Below are positions 20,112-27,501 of a stretch of 47,528 nucleotides of DNA, one piece after another (within the stretch, counting starts at the first letter, position 1; the number at the start of each line of letters is the position of its first letter). The stretch is from assembly GCA_049322255.1 (NCBI GenBank), contig JBMORE010000189.1, positions 1-47,528 of the forward strand, written 5' to 3'. The notes under the pieces were generated by a model. It searched no databases, was not told where the DNA came from, and worked only from the letters and a program-made list of their open reading frames with translations. Both the position numbers and the translations under genes were made by a program. Source of the stretch: Myxococcota bacterium (lineage in GTDB: Bacteria > Myxococcota > Myxococcia > Myxococcales > Myxococcaceae).

Positions 20112-21425
20112 ATGTTCTACCGGTGCTTCCGCGCGGTGGTGGCGCTGGCGTTGCGCCTGTTCTACCGAATTCAGGTGGCTGGCCAGTGGGTGGACCCCCA
20201 AGGGCCGGTCATCTTCGTCGCCAACCACCCCAACGGGCTCATCGACCCGGGGCTGTTGTTCATCCTCACCCGCCGTCACGTCACGTTCCTGGCCAAGGCG
20301 CCGCTGTTTTCCCTGCCGGTCTTGGGCAGGGTGCTGCGGTGGATGGACGCCCTTCCCGTCTACCGCCGGCAGGACGACCCCTCGCAGATGAGCAAGAACG
20401 AGGGCTCTCTCGACGCGGCGGTGGAGGCGCTCGTGCAAGGCCGCGCCATCACCCTCTTCCCGGAAGGGAGAAGCCACTCCGAGCCCCACCTCTCTGCCTT
20501 GAAGACCGGCACCGCCCGCATCGCCCTGCGCGCGGCCCGGCGGGGGGCAAAGGTGCGCATCGTCCCGATAGGCTTCACCTATGCGGAGAAGAACCTCTTT
20601 CGCAGCCTGGTGCTCGTCGACGTGGGCGAAGCGTTCGACGTGAACGAGCTGTTGGCGCTCGAGGACAACGCGGCGGTGGACAAGCTCACCCGGCGCATCG
20701 AGGCCGCCTTGCGCAAGGAATCCCTCCAGCTCGAACGCTGGGAGGATTTGCCCTTGGCCCAGACCGCCGAGGCGCTCTACGCCTTGCGTCTGGGAGAAAA
20801 CCACAGCGACCCGGAGCGCCTGCGCGCCTTTGCCCGGGGGGTCGCGCTGATGCGCGCCGAGCAACCCCAGCGCTTCGAGCGGCTGCGCGCGGAGTTGGCC
20901 AGCTTCCGCCGACGGCTGGAGCTTTTGCGCGCGGGGCCCGCGGAGCTGGCGCTTCGGTATCGGCCCACCACCGTCGCCCGCTTCGCGCTCCGAAATGTCT
21001 TCGCCTTGGCGTTGGGCCTGCCGCTGTTTGCCGTGGGCATGGCGCTCTTCTTCTTGCCCTACCTCGTTCCTCCATTGGTGGCGCGCGCGCTCAAGGCGGA
21101 AGAGGACACCGAGGCCACGGTGAAAGTGTTGGTGCTCTTCGTCTTGGCGCCGCTGTGGGCCGCTCTTCTCGCCGCGCTCTCCTGGGCACTGTGGGGCCCG
21201 CTCGCGGCAGCGGCTCTTTTCGGCTCCTGCCTCCCGCTGGCCCTCTTCACCCGCTATTTCTATGAGCGCCGCACCGCTGCCTGGCACGACGCGCGCACTT
21301 TCTTCCTGCTGGGCAGCCGCACCTCGCTCAAGGCGCGCCTGTTGGCGGAAGGAGAGCGGCTGGCGAGGGAAATCGAAACCCTCGCCGCTGAGCTGCGCGA
21401 GCGAGTGGCTCAGCCTTTTGTCTAG
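20112..21425 (+). CDS. Lysophospholipid/glycerol-phosphate acyltransferase (PlsC family) with C-terminal TM helices
   Basis: NHPNGLID (HX4D), FLAK, FPEGRSH, LKTGTARIA; ATG 20112. Confidence 0.9.
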   Translation: MFYRCFRAVVALALRLFYRIQVAGQWVDPQGPVIFVANHPNGLIDPGLLFILTRRHVTFLAKAPLFSLPVLGRVLRWMDALPVYRRQDDPSQMSKNEGSLDAAVEALVQGRAITLFPEGRSHSEPHLSALKTGTARIALRAARRGAKVRIVPIGFTYAEKNLFRSLVLVDVGEAFDVNELLALEDNAAVDKLTRRIEAALRKESLQLERWEDLPLAQTAEALYALRLGENHSDPERLRAFARGVALMRAEQPQRFERLRAELASFRRRLELLRAGPAELALRYRPTTVARFALRNVFALALGLPLFAVGMALFFLPYLVPPLVARALKAEEDTEATVKVLVLFVLAPLWAALLAALSWALWGPLAAAALFGSCLPLALFTRYFYERRTAAWHDARTFFLLGSRTSLKARLLAEGERLAREIETLAAELRERVAQPFV

Positions 21426-22999
21426 AAGCAGGTCATCAAGGCCGCGTCACAGCAGTAACCCGAGCGAGCTCCTGACGTCTGACAAGTGAAGCCGCTGCCG
21501 CAGGGGGGAATGTAGGCGCCCACGTTGTCGCAGCGCGGTCTGCAGAAGCCCAAAGGATACAGCCCCCCGTCGGGAGTGGTGAGTGGGCTGCATACGTAGC
21601 CGGTGCGGCAGTTGCTCTGTCCCTGCAAGGGGCCGGTGCAAGCGCCCTCGCACCAGGCTCCCGAGGTGCCGTAGTCGATGCAGATGCCGCCATCGCCGCA
21701 GTGGTTTTGCGGGTCGAGGTCGCAGGGAGCGGTGCAGGCCCCTCCCGGATAGCCCGTCGCTCCCCCATCGGGAAGGACTTGCGGCACGCACTCTCCGTCG
21801 TTGGGTGGCATGCAGTCGGCGTTCGCGGTGCAGGCGGAGCCCGCTTCGCCGGGCGGGAAAGGCGGCCCTGCGTCAGGCGTGGGCAAGGGGCTCACCCAAC
21901 ACGCCGTGCTCGACCCCACCTGGTAGCAGGCGTAGCCCGAGGAGCGGCACAGGTCGGTGGTGCTGCAGTTGTCCCAGCAGAAGGTGTCCGCCTCCCCGTA
22001 GGCCGGGTTGAGCGCCACGCAGGTGGACCCCAGCGGGCAATCGGCGGGCTGGGTGCACAGGCGGGTGCAATACCCTCCGGAGTAGGTCGCGTTGCCGCTG
22101 CTGGTGGAGAGCTTGCAAGTGTAGTTGCCGCCGAGCACGGCGCACTGGGTGTTGTTGGAGCAGGCCGAGCCCACCGAGGCCGCCGGCGGTGGCGCGCCCT
22201 GGCACATCTGGTTGATGCAGGTCTGACCCGCGCCGGTGTTGCAGACCTGGCAGGCGTTACCTCCGGCGCCGCAGCTCGTATCGGTGGTGCCCAAAAGACA
22301 TGTCGCCGAGGACCCGCTGCCCGAGCAGCACCCCGTGGGACAGTTCTGACTGTCGCAGCCGCTCGCGGCCACGCACGTTCCGTTGCTGCACACGTTGGTG
22401 CCGCTGCACGCGAGGCAGACCGCTCCTCCGAAGCCGCACTGGGAGCTGGTTTGCTGCGATGGCTGGATGCATTGGGTTCCAGAGCAGCAGCCGGAAGGAC
22501 AGTTGGAGGAGTTACAGCTGCCGCCGCCCACGTCCAAGCATTGCCCGTTCTGGCAAACCTGGCTCCCGGTGCAGGTCTGACAGGCGCTGCCAGAGGCTCC
22601 GCAGCTCAAGGCGGAGTTGGAGGGCGTCACGCACTGCCCGTTGCGACAGCAGCCAGCACAGTTGGAAGGGCCGCAGGTGCCGCCATCGCCGCTCGAGCCG
22701 GTGCACACCCCGTTCTCGCACGTCTGTCCGTTGGGGCAGCTGGTGGAGGTGCAAGTGGTGTTGCCCGTCTGGGTGCAAAAGCCCAGCTGGCAAGTCTGGT
22801 TCGGAGCACACGGCGAGCAAGCCCCTCCGTTTCGTCCACAAGCGGTGCCATTGTCTCCCGGCTGACAGGTGCCGTTGGCGTCGCAGCAGCCGTTACAGTT
22901 GGAGGCGGTGCAGCGGGGCTTGGCAGGGGTGCAGGAAGGAGCGAGCGCCAAGAGAAAACCAGCGGTGAAAGCAGCCAAAAACCAGCGGGCGTTTTTCAT
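21422..22999 (-). CDS. Cysteine-rich repeat lipoprotein
   Basis: ATG 22999 (MKNARWFL...LAPSC); four CxxxNCx(x)GCC repeats, then two GSAC...GGxCT modules. Confidence 0.85.
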   Translation of the reverse strand: MKNARWFLAAFTAGFLLALAPSCTPAKPRCTASNCNGCCDANGTCQPGDNGTACGRNGGACSPCAPNQTCQLGFCTQTGNTTCTSTSCPNGQTCENGVCTGSSGDGGTCGPSNCAGCCRNGQCVTPSNSALSCGASGSACQTCTGSQVCQNGQCLDVGGGSCNSSNCPSGCCSGTQCIQPSQQTSSQCGFGGAVCLACSGTNVCSNGTCVAASGCDSQNCPTGCCSGSGSSATCLLGTTDTSCGAGGNACQVCNTGAGQTCINQMCQGAPPPAASVGSACSNNTQCAVLGGNYTCKLSTSSGNATYSGGYCTRLCTQPADCPLGSTCVALNPAYGEADTFCWDNCSTTDLCRSSGYACYQVGSSTACWVSPLPTPDAGPPFPPGEAGSACTANADCMPPNDGECVPQVLPDGGATGYPGGACTAPCDLDPQNHCGDGGICIDYGTSGAWCEGACTGPLQGQSNCRTGYVCSPLTTPDGGLYPLGFCRPRCDNVGAYIPPCGSGFTCQTSGARSGYCCDAALMTCF

Positions 23000-23076
23000 G
23001 GGGCTTTGGCTTCTAACCGAAGTGGGGGTTGGCAAACAAACCTCGCGGCCCCACCTTTGCTGCTGTCGGAGCCCCC

Positions 23077-23454
23077 ATGTCCCAGATTCTCGTCGTCGAC
23101 GACGACGCCAGCCACCGCACCCTGCTCTGCGACTTCCTGGAGGAGCTCGGCTACCAAACCTTTCAGGCAGCCAACGGCCGCGAGGCGCTCGACTTTCTCG
23201 AGGAGTCGCTGCCCCAAGCGGTGCTGCTCGACTTGCGAATGCCGGTGATGAGTGGCTGGGCTCTGCTCGACGCGCTCAAGAAGCTGCCCCGCGCCCGCGG
23301 GCTACCCATCGTGGTCATCTCGGCGTACGGGTACGAGTGGGAGGCGGAGCTGGTGGGCGCGGCGGGGTACATCTCCAAGCCGGTGGACTTGGAGAAAGTG
23401 CGCGCCACCGTGGAGCAGGTGGTGGGGCCGCCCCAGGTGCAGATGCTGCACTAA
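23077..23454 (+). CDS. Single-domain response regulator (receiver)
   Basis: ILVVDDD, VLLDLRMPVMSG, ISA, YISKP. Confidence 0.93.
   Translation: MSQILVVDDDASHRTLLCDFLEELGYQTFQAANGREALDFLEESLPQAVLLDLRMPVMSGWALLDALKKLPRARGLPIVVISAYGYEWEAELVGAAGYISKPVDLEKVRATVEQVVGPPQVQMLH
23398..23454 (+). repeat. Direct repeat copy 1 (57 bp; 3' end of the response regulator)
   Basis: Identical to 25756-25812; its last 46 bp also occur at 26666-26711. Confidence 0.97.
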
Positions 23455-23520
23455 CTCGAGAGCGGTTCTGACGGTGTCGTCGGCGAAGGGAGGGAGGTGT
23501 CACCGTTGGTCCGTCAGCAG

Positions 23521-24426
23521 TCACACATCCACGAAGTGCCAGTTGCGTGTGGTGACTACCAGGTCGATGAACGAACGGACCGCCGCCGAGGCAAGCCGCG
23601 TCGAGGGGTAGACGAGCTGAATGGGAAGCGGAGGCGGCTCGTATGAGGGAAGAAGAACTCGCAGCTTTCCCGCGCGCACCGCCTCTGCCACCTGGTACGC
23701 CAGCACCAAAGTGATGCCGCCGCCCAGCTCCGCATGTCCAATGGCCGCGTCGGCGCTGTTGGTGACGTAAGCGGGAACGACGGGGACGGCGAACTCCTTG
23801 CCTTCGCGCACGAATCTCCAGACGGCCGTCGGAGTGAGCGAGGTGAGTTGGATGAGCGCGTGGGACGCGAGCTCCGCCGGGGTGCGCGGCGTCTTCCGGC
23901 GGGCGAGATACCTGGGCGAGGCCACCAGCACGCGCCGCGTTTCGCCCACGCGCCGGGCCACCAGGCTCGAATCCTCGAGCACGCCGATGCGGACCGCGAG
24001 GTCGACCCCCTCCTCCACCATGTTGACGATGCTGTCGGTGAGGGTGAGCACCCCCACCACCTTCGGGTGGCGCGACAGGAAGGTGCACATCAGGGGTGCC
24101 ACCTCTCGCCGGCCGAAGACGCTCGACGCCGTGACGACGAAGCGCCCGGTGGGCTCAGTGCGTTCCGCCCGGGCCGTCGCTTCGGCTTCTTCCACGTCCG
24201 CGAGAATGCGCCGCACGCGCTCGAGGTAGCGCGCGCCTGCGTCCGTCAAAGACACCGAGCGCGTCGTGCGCTGAAGCAAACGGATGGAGAGGTGCTCCTC
24301 GAGCACAGCCACGAGCCTCGTCACGGCCGAGGGCGAAAGGCCCAACCGGCGCGCGGCGGCCGCGAAGCCGCGTGACTCGGCGACGGCGACGAAGGCTGCC
24401 ATGGCATCGAGCCGTTCCAGGGGCAC
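23521..24426 (-). CDS. LysR-family transcriptional regulator (CrgA/DmlR-like)
   Basis: FVAVAESRGFAAAARRLGLSPSAVTR..LE..L..RLLQRTTRSVSLTDAG; EEGVDLAVRIG. Confidence 0.95.
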   Translation of the reverse strand: MPLERLDAMAAFVAVAESRGFAAAARRLGLSPSAVTRLVAVLEEHLSIRLLQRTTRSVSLTDAGARYLERVRRILADVEEAEATARAERTEPTGRFVVTASSVFGRREVAPLMCTFLSRHPKVVGVLTLTDSIVNMVEEGVDLAVRIGVLEDSSLVARRVGETRRVLVASPRYLARRKTPRTPAELASHALIQLTSLTPTAVWRFVREGKEFAVPVVPAYVTNSADAAIGHAELGGGITLVLAYQVAEAVRAGKLRVLLPSYEPPPLPIQLVYPSTRLASAAVRSFIDLVVTTRNWHFVDV

Positions 24427-24438
24427 TATTTCACTTTC

Positions 24439-24474
24439 CGCAACAGTGTCATGTCAATCATGTCCGTTGTTGCG
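24439..24474. promoter_or_regulatory. Inverted repeat in the LysR/CMD divergent promoter (candidate LysR operator)
   Basis: CGCAACA-N22-TGTTGCG. Confidence 0.45.
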
Positions 24475-24500
24475 AAACGGCGCCGGCTGCATCTGTGGGG

Positions 24501-24521
24501 TGCGGCGGGTCTTCCGCCGCA
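24501..24521 (+). promoter_or_regulatory. Hairpin in the 5' leader of the CMD gene
   Basis: TGCGGCGG-GTCTT-CCGCCGCA, a perfect 8-bp stem just upstream of the AAGGA SD. Confidence 0.45.
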
Positions 24522-24539
24522 GAACGGAAAGGAAAAACC

Positions 24540-25091
24540 ATGTCGTCGAGAATACCCACCCCCGCCACCATCGATGCCTCCCCCGCCGCCTCTCGGCCCT
24601 TATTGGAGGAGGTGAAGAAGCACCTGGGCTCGGCTCCCAACCTGTTTCGTGTGATGGCCAACAGCCCCGCCGTGCTCGAAGGGTACCTGGGGCTCAGCGG
24701 CGCGCTGGCCAAGGGAGAGCTGGACGCGCGCACCCGCGAGCGCATCGCTCTCGCCGTGTCGGAGCTTCACCGCTGCGACTACTGCTTGTCGGCGCACACC
24801 TACCTGGCGAAGTCCCTCGCGAAGCTGGACGAGGCAGAAATCGCTGCCAATCGCGAGGGCGGCTCCGGCGACCCCAAGGCGGACGTGGCTGTGCGCTTCG
24901 CGGTGAGGCTCGCCCGCGAACGAGGAAACGTCACGGACGGTGACCTAAAGGCGTTGCGCGCCGCCGGCTACGGCGATGGGCAGGCTCTGGAAATCCTCAT
25001 GCACGTCGTGCTCACGACCTTGACCAACTACGTGAACCACGTGGCACAAACGGAGATCGACTTCCCTGTAGTGAAGCACCGGTCAGTCTAA
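24540..25091 (+). CDS. AhpD/carboxymuconolactone decarboxylase family peroxidase-related protein
   Basis: PNLFRVMANSP, RERIALAVS...CDYCLSAH (CxxC), LTNYVN. Confidence 0.9.
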   Translation: MSSRIPTPATIDASPAASRPLLEEVKKHLGSAPNLFRVMANSPAVLEGYLGLSGALAKGELDARTRERIALAVSELHRCDYCLSAHTYLAKSLAKLDEAEIAANREGGSGDPKADVAVRFAVRLARERGNVTDGDLKALRAAGYGDGQALEILMHVVLTTLTNYVNHVAQTEIDFPVVKHRSV

Positions 25092-25104
25092 GTATCATCG
25101 TGGA

Positions 25105-25674
25105 GTGAAAAAGGCTCTTGGTGTGCTCGTCGTCGATTCGTACCTCGAGAAAGTTCCAGAGCCCCACCGCACCACGCTGCGTGTCATGCGCGCACACCTG
25201 CGCAAGGTTCTGCCGCGCGCAGCAGAGGGCATGAAGTACGGGATGCCCTCGTTCCTCATCGACGGCGCGGGCGTCGCCGGCTATGCGGCGTTCAAGTCCC
25301 ACTGCTCATATTTCCCATTCAGCGGGTCGATTCTTGCGGCTGCCGGGACCCTTGCTGGAGCCACCCGCTCCAGCAAGGGCGCCCTGCAATTCCCCGCCGA
25401 CAAGCCGCTCTCGGTGGGGGTTGTGCGGAAGCTGGTCAAGGCGCGCCTCGCCGAGCTCTCCCGGCCCCAAGGCGGCAAGCGACGCGACTACTATGACGAC
25501 GGCACCTTGAAGGCCGAGGGCGGCTGGAGGAACGGGCAGCTCCACGGCAAGTGGAAGTGGTATCGCCAAGACGGAAGTCTGATGCGTACCGGCGAATTCA
25601 GGGCTGGTGCGCAGGTCGGCACTTGGGAGACCTGGTCCCGCGACGGTCGCCTCGTGAAGCGGACGAAGCTCTGA
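25105..25674 (+). CDS. DUF1801 (YdhG-like) domain fused to MORN-variant repeats
   Basis: VDSYL...E.MKYGMP...AAFKSHCSYFPFSG..KGALQFP; C-terminal YYDDGTLKAEG.W.NG..HGKWKWY..DG. Confidence 0.8.
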   Translation: MKKALGVLVVDSYLEKVPEPHRTTLRVMRAHLRKVLPRAAEGMKYGMPSFLIDGAGVAGYAAFKSHCSYFPFSGSILAAAGTLAGATRSSKGALQFPADKPLSVGVVRKLVKARLAELSRPQGGKRRDYYDDGTLKAEGGWRNGQLHGKWKWYRQDGSLMRTGEFRAGAQVGTWETWSRDGRLVKRTKL

Positions 25675-25755
25675 AGGCGAGGGGTGCTGAGCCGCAGTGG
25701 TGACAAGAATAACCAGCAAACCCTAGGAGAGGGGCAGCGGCGAGACGGGGATGAG

Positions 25756-25921
25756 GTGCGCGCCACCGTGGAGCAGGTGGTGGGGCCGCCCCAGGTGCAG
25801 ATGCTGCACTAAGATGCCGCCTTGAATGGCACCAGAGGCTGCGGTGCGCGCCACCGGGCTGGTGAAGCGGTTTGGCACGTTCACCGCCATCGACGGGCTG
25901 GATTTGGTCATCCCCAAGGGC
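25756..25921 (+). repeat. Direct repeat copy 2 (response regulator 3' end + intergenic + first 32 codons of the ABC ATPase)
   Basis: 25756-25812 = 23398-23454; 25767-25921 = 26666-26820 (155 bp exact). Confidence 0.97.
25826..25921 (+). pseudogene. Duplicated 5' fragment of the ABC transporter ATPase
   Basis: MAPEAAVRATGLVKRFGTFTAIDGLDLVIPKG, identical to 26725-26820 and truncated before Walker A. Confidence 0.9.
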
Positions 25922-26023
25922 GCGAGAAGCTGCACATCCGCAAGGCCCAGAGCTACGCGCAGAAGGCTGCGTAGGTGGCCGTCAGTTCTTCCCGCGGGTC
26001 ACCGTGGGTATGATTCGCTCACG

Positions 26024-26314
26024 ATGCGCCGAGCCGACACCCTCGCCACCCTCCGAAGCCGTGCCGACGACATCCGCCGCCTCGGTGTGAAGTCCCTCGC
26101 ACTCTTCGGGTCTGTCTCCAGGGACGAGGCCCGAGAAGGAAGCGACGTGGACCTTCTAGTGGACTTCGACGGACCGGCGACGTTCGACCGGTACATGGAC
26201 CTCAAGTTCTTCCTGGAGGACCTGCTCGGGTGCCGCGTCGACCTCATCACCCGAAAGGGACTGCGTCCGCGGCTTCGGCCGACCGTGGAACATGAGGCCA
26301 TCCATGTCGCGTGA
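26024..26314 (+). CDS. mntA: Minimal nucleotidyltransferase antitoxin (MntA, type VII TA)
   Basis: GS-X10-DXD ([16 protein letters not shown]), [17 protein letters not shown] 9 nt upstream of the ATG. Confidence 0.92.
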   Translation: MRRADTLATLRSRADDIRRLGVKSLALFGSVSRDEAREGSDVDLLVDFDGPATFDRYMDLKFFLEDLLGCRVDLITRKGLRPRLRPTVEHEAIHVA

Positions 26315-26639
26315 TTGGCAGCTCTACCTCGAGGATATCGAGGAGGCGTGCGCGAAAATTGCGAGGTTCATCGATGGCCACTCCTTCGAGAGCTTCATCG
26401 CCGACGAGAAGACGAAGGCAGCCGTGGAGTGGCATCTCCTCGTCATCGGCGAGGCGGCAAAACACGTCCCCGAGGAGATTCGGGTGAGGCACCCCGAGGT
26501 CGAGTGGCGAAAGATTGCTGGCCTCAGAGACATCCTCGCCCATGGTTACTTCGGCATCGACGACGAGACCATCTGGGACTCGGTCAACAACAAGGTGCCC
26601 CAACTGCGCAATCAGATGCAGCGCATACTAATGCGTTGA
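26304..26639 (+). CDS. hepT: HEPN/DUF86 ribonuclease toxin (HepT)
   Basis: [20 protein letters not shown] (RX4HXY); overlaps mntA by 11 nt. Confidence 0.92.
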   Translation: MSRDWQLYLEDIEEACAKIARFIDGHSFESFIADEKTKAAVEWHLLVIGEAAKHVPEEIRVRHPEVEWRKIAGLRDILAHGYFGIDDETIWDSVNNKVPQLRNQMQRILMR

Positions 26640-26665
26640 CCCTGGCTCGACTCCAAGACGGACAT

Positions 26666-26820
26666 CGTGGAGCAGGTGGTGGGGCCGCCCCAGGTGCAGA
26701 TGCTGCACTAAGATGCCGCCTTGAATGGCACCAGAGGCTGCGGTGCGCGCCACCGGGCTGGTGAAGCGGTTTGGCACGTTCACCGCCATCGACGGGCTGG
26801 ATTTGGTCATCCCCAAGGGC
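26666..26820 (+). repeat. Direct repeat copy 3 (155 bp), continuing into the intact ABC ATPase
   Basis: Identical to 25767-25921. Confidence 0.97.
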
Positions 26821-27501
26821 TCGTTTTTCGCCTTCCTGGGGCCCAACGGCGCCGGCAAGTCGACCACCATCGCCGTCCTCACCGGCATCTACGGCCCTGA
26901 CGCGGGGAGCATCGACATCCTCGGGCTGGATGCGCGGGCGCGGCCTTTGGAAGTCAAATCGCGTATCGGGGTGGTGCCCGAAGAGCTCTCTTTGTTCGAG
27001 CGACTGACAGGAAGGCAGTACCTCACCTTCTGCGGGCGGATGTTCGGGCTTTCGGCGGAAGCGGCGGCGGGGCGCAGCGAGGAGCTGCTTTCTCTCACCG
27101 AGCTTTCCTACAAGGCGGGGGCGCTGGTGGCGGAGTACTCCAAGGGCATGCGGCGCCGGTTGGCCATCGCCGCCGCCCTCATCCACGCGCCCGAGCTGGT
27201 GTTCCTCGACGAGCCGTTCGAGGGCATCGATGTCTTGGCGGCGGGAGTCATTCGCGACCTTTTGCGCGAGCTGTCGGCCAGGGGGGTGACGCTCCTGCTC
27301 ACCACCCACGTGCTGGAGATTGCCGAGCGGCTGGCCAGCCATGCGGGCATCATCCAAGCGGGGAAGATGGTCGACCAAGGCTCCCTGGAGGAGCTTCGCC
27401 GCCGTCATCATGCCCGGTCGCTGGAGGAGGTCTTCGAAAAGCTGGTGGGGGCGCCGGCGGCGCGCAACGCGCAGCTGTCCTTCTATCGGGAGCGGGCGTG
27501 A
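26725..27501 (+). CDS. ABC transporter ATP-binding protein (exporter type)
   Basis: GPNGAGKST, YSKGMRRR, VFLDEP, TTH. Confidence 0.95.
   Translation: MAPEAAVRATGLVKRFGTFTAIDGLDLVIPKGSFFAFLGPNGAGKSTTIAVLTGIYGPDAGSIDILGLDARARPLEVKSRIGVVPEELSLFERLTGRQYLTFCGRMFGLSAEAAAGRSEELLSLTELSYKAGALVAEYSKGMRRRLAIAAALIHAPELVFLDEPFEGIDVLAAGVIRDLLRELSARGVTLLLTTHVLEIAERLASHAGIIQAGKMVDQGSLEELRRRHHARSLEEVFEKLVGAPAARNAQLSFYRERA

Larger units (their letters stand above)
23455..25755. other. Inserted cassette 1 (LysR, AhpD/CMD, DUF1801) flanked by 57-bp direct repeats
   Basis: Bounded by identical 23398-23454 and 25756-25812; no integrase, transposase or terminal inverted repeats. Confidence 0.75.
25922..26665. other. 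Inserted cassette 2 (MNT-HEPN toxin-antitoxin) flanked by 155-bp direct repeats
   Basis: Bounded by 25767-25921 and 26666-26820. Confidence 0.8.

Noticed and set aside
25480..25674. YwqK-type antitoxin of a second TA system
   Set aside because: MORN-variant repeats are generic, and there is no cognate toxin adjacent.
23455..26665. IS, MITE or prophage
   Set aside because: No transposase, integrase or phage genes; the cassette ends share at most 3 bp of inverted complementarity.
23398..26820. CRISPR array or integron interpretation of the triple repeat
   Set aside because: The spacers are kilobase-scale and unequal, and the repeat is coding sequence. There are no cas or intI genes and no RYYYAAC...GTTRRRY attC pair.
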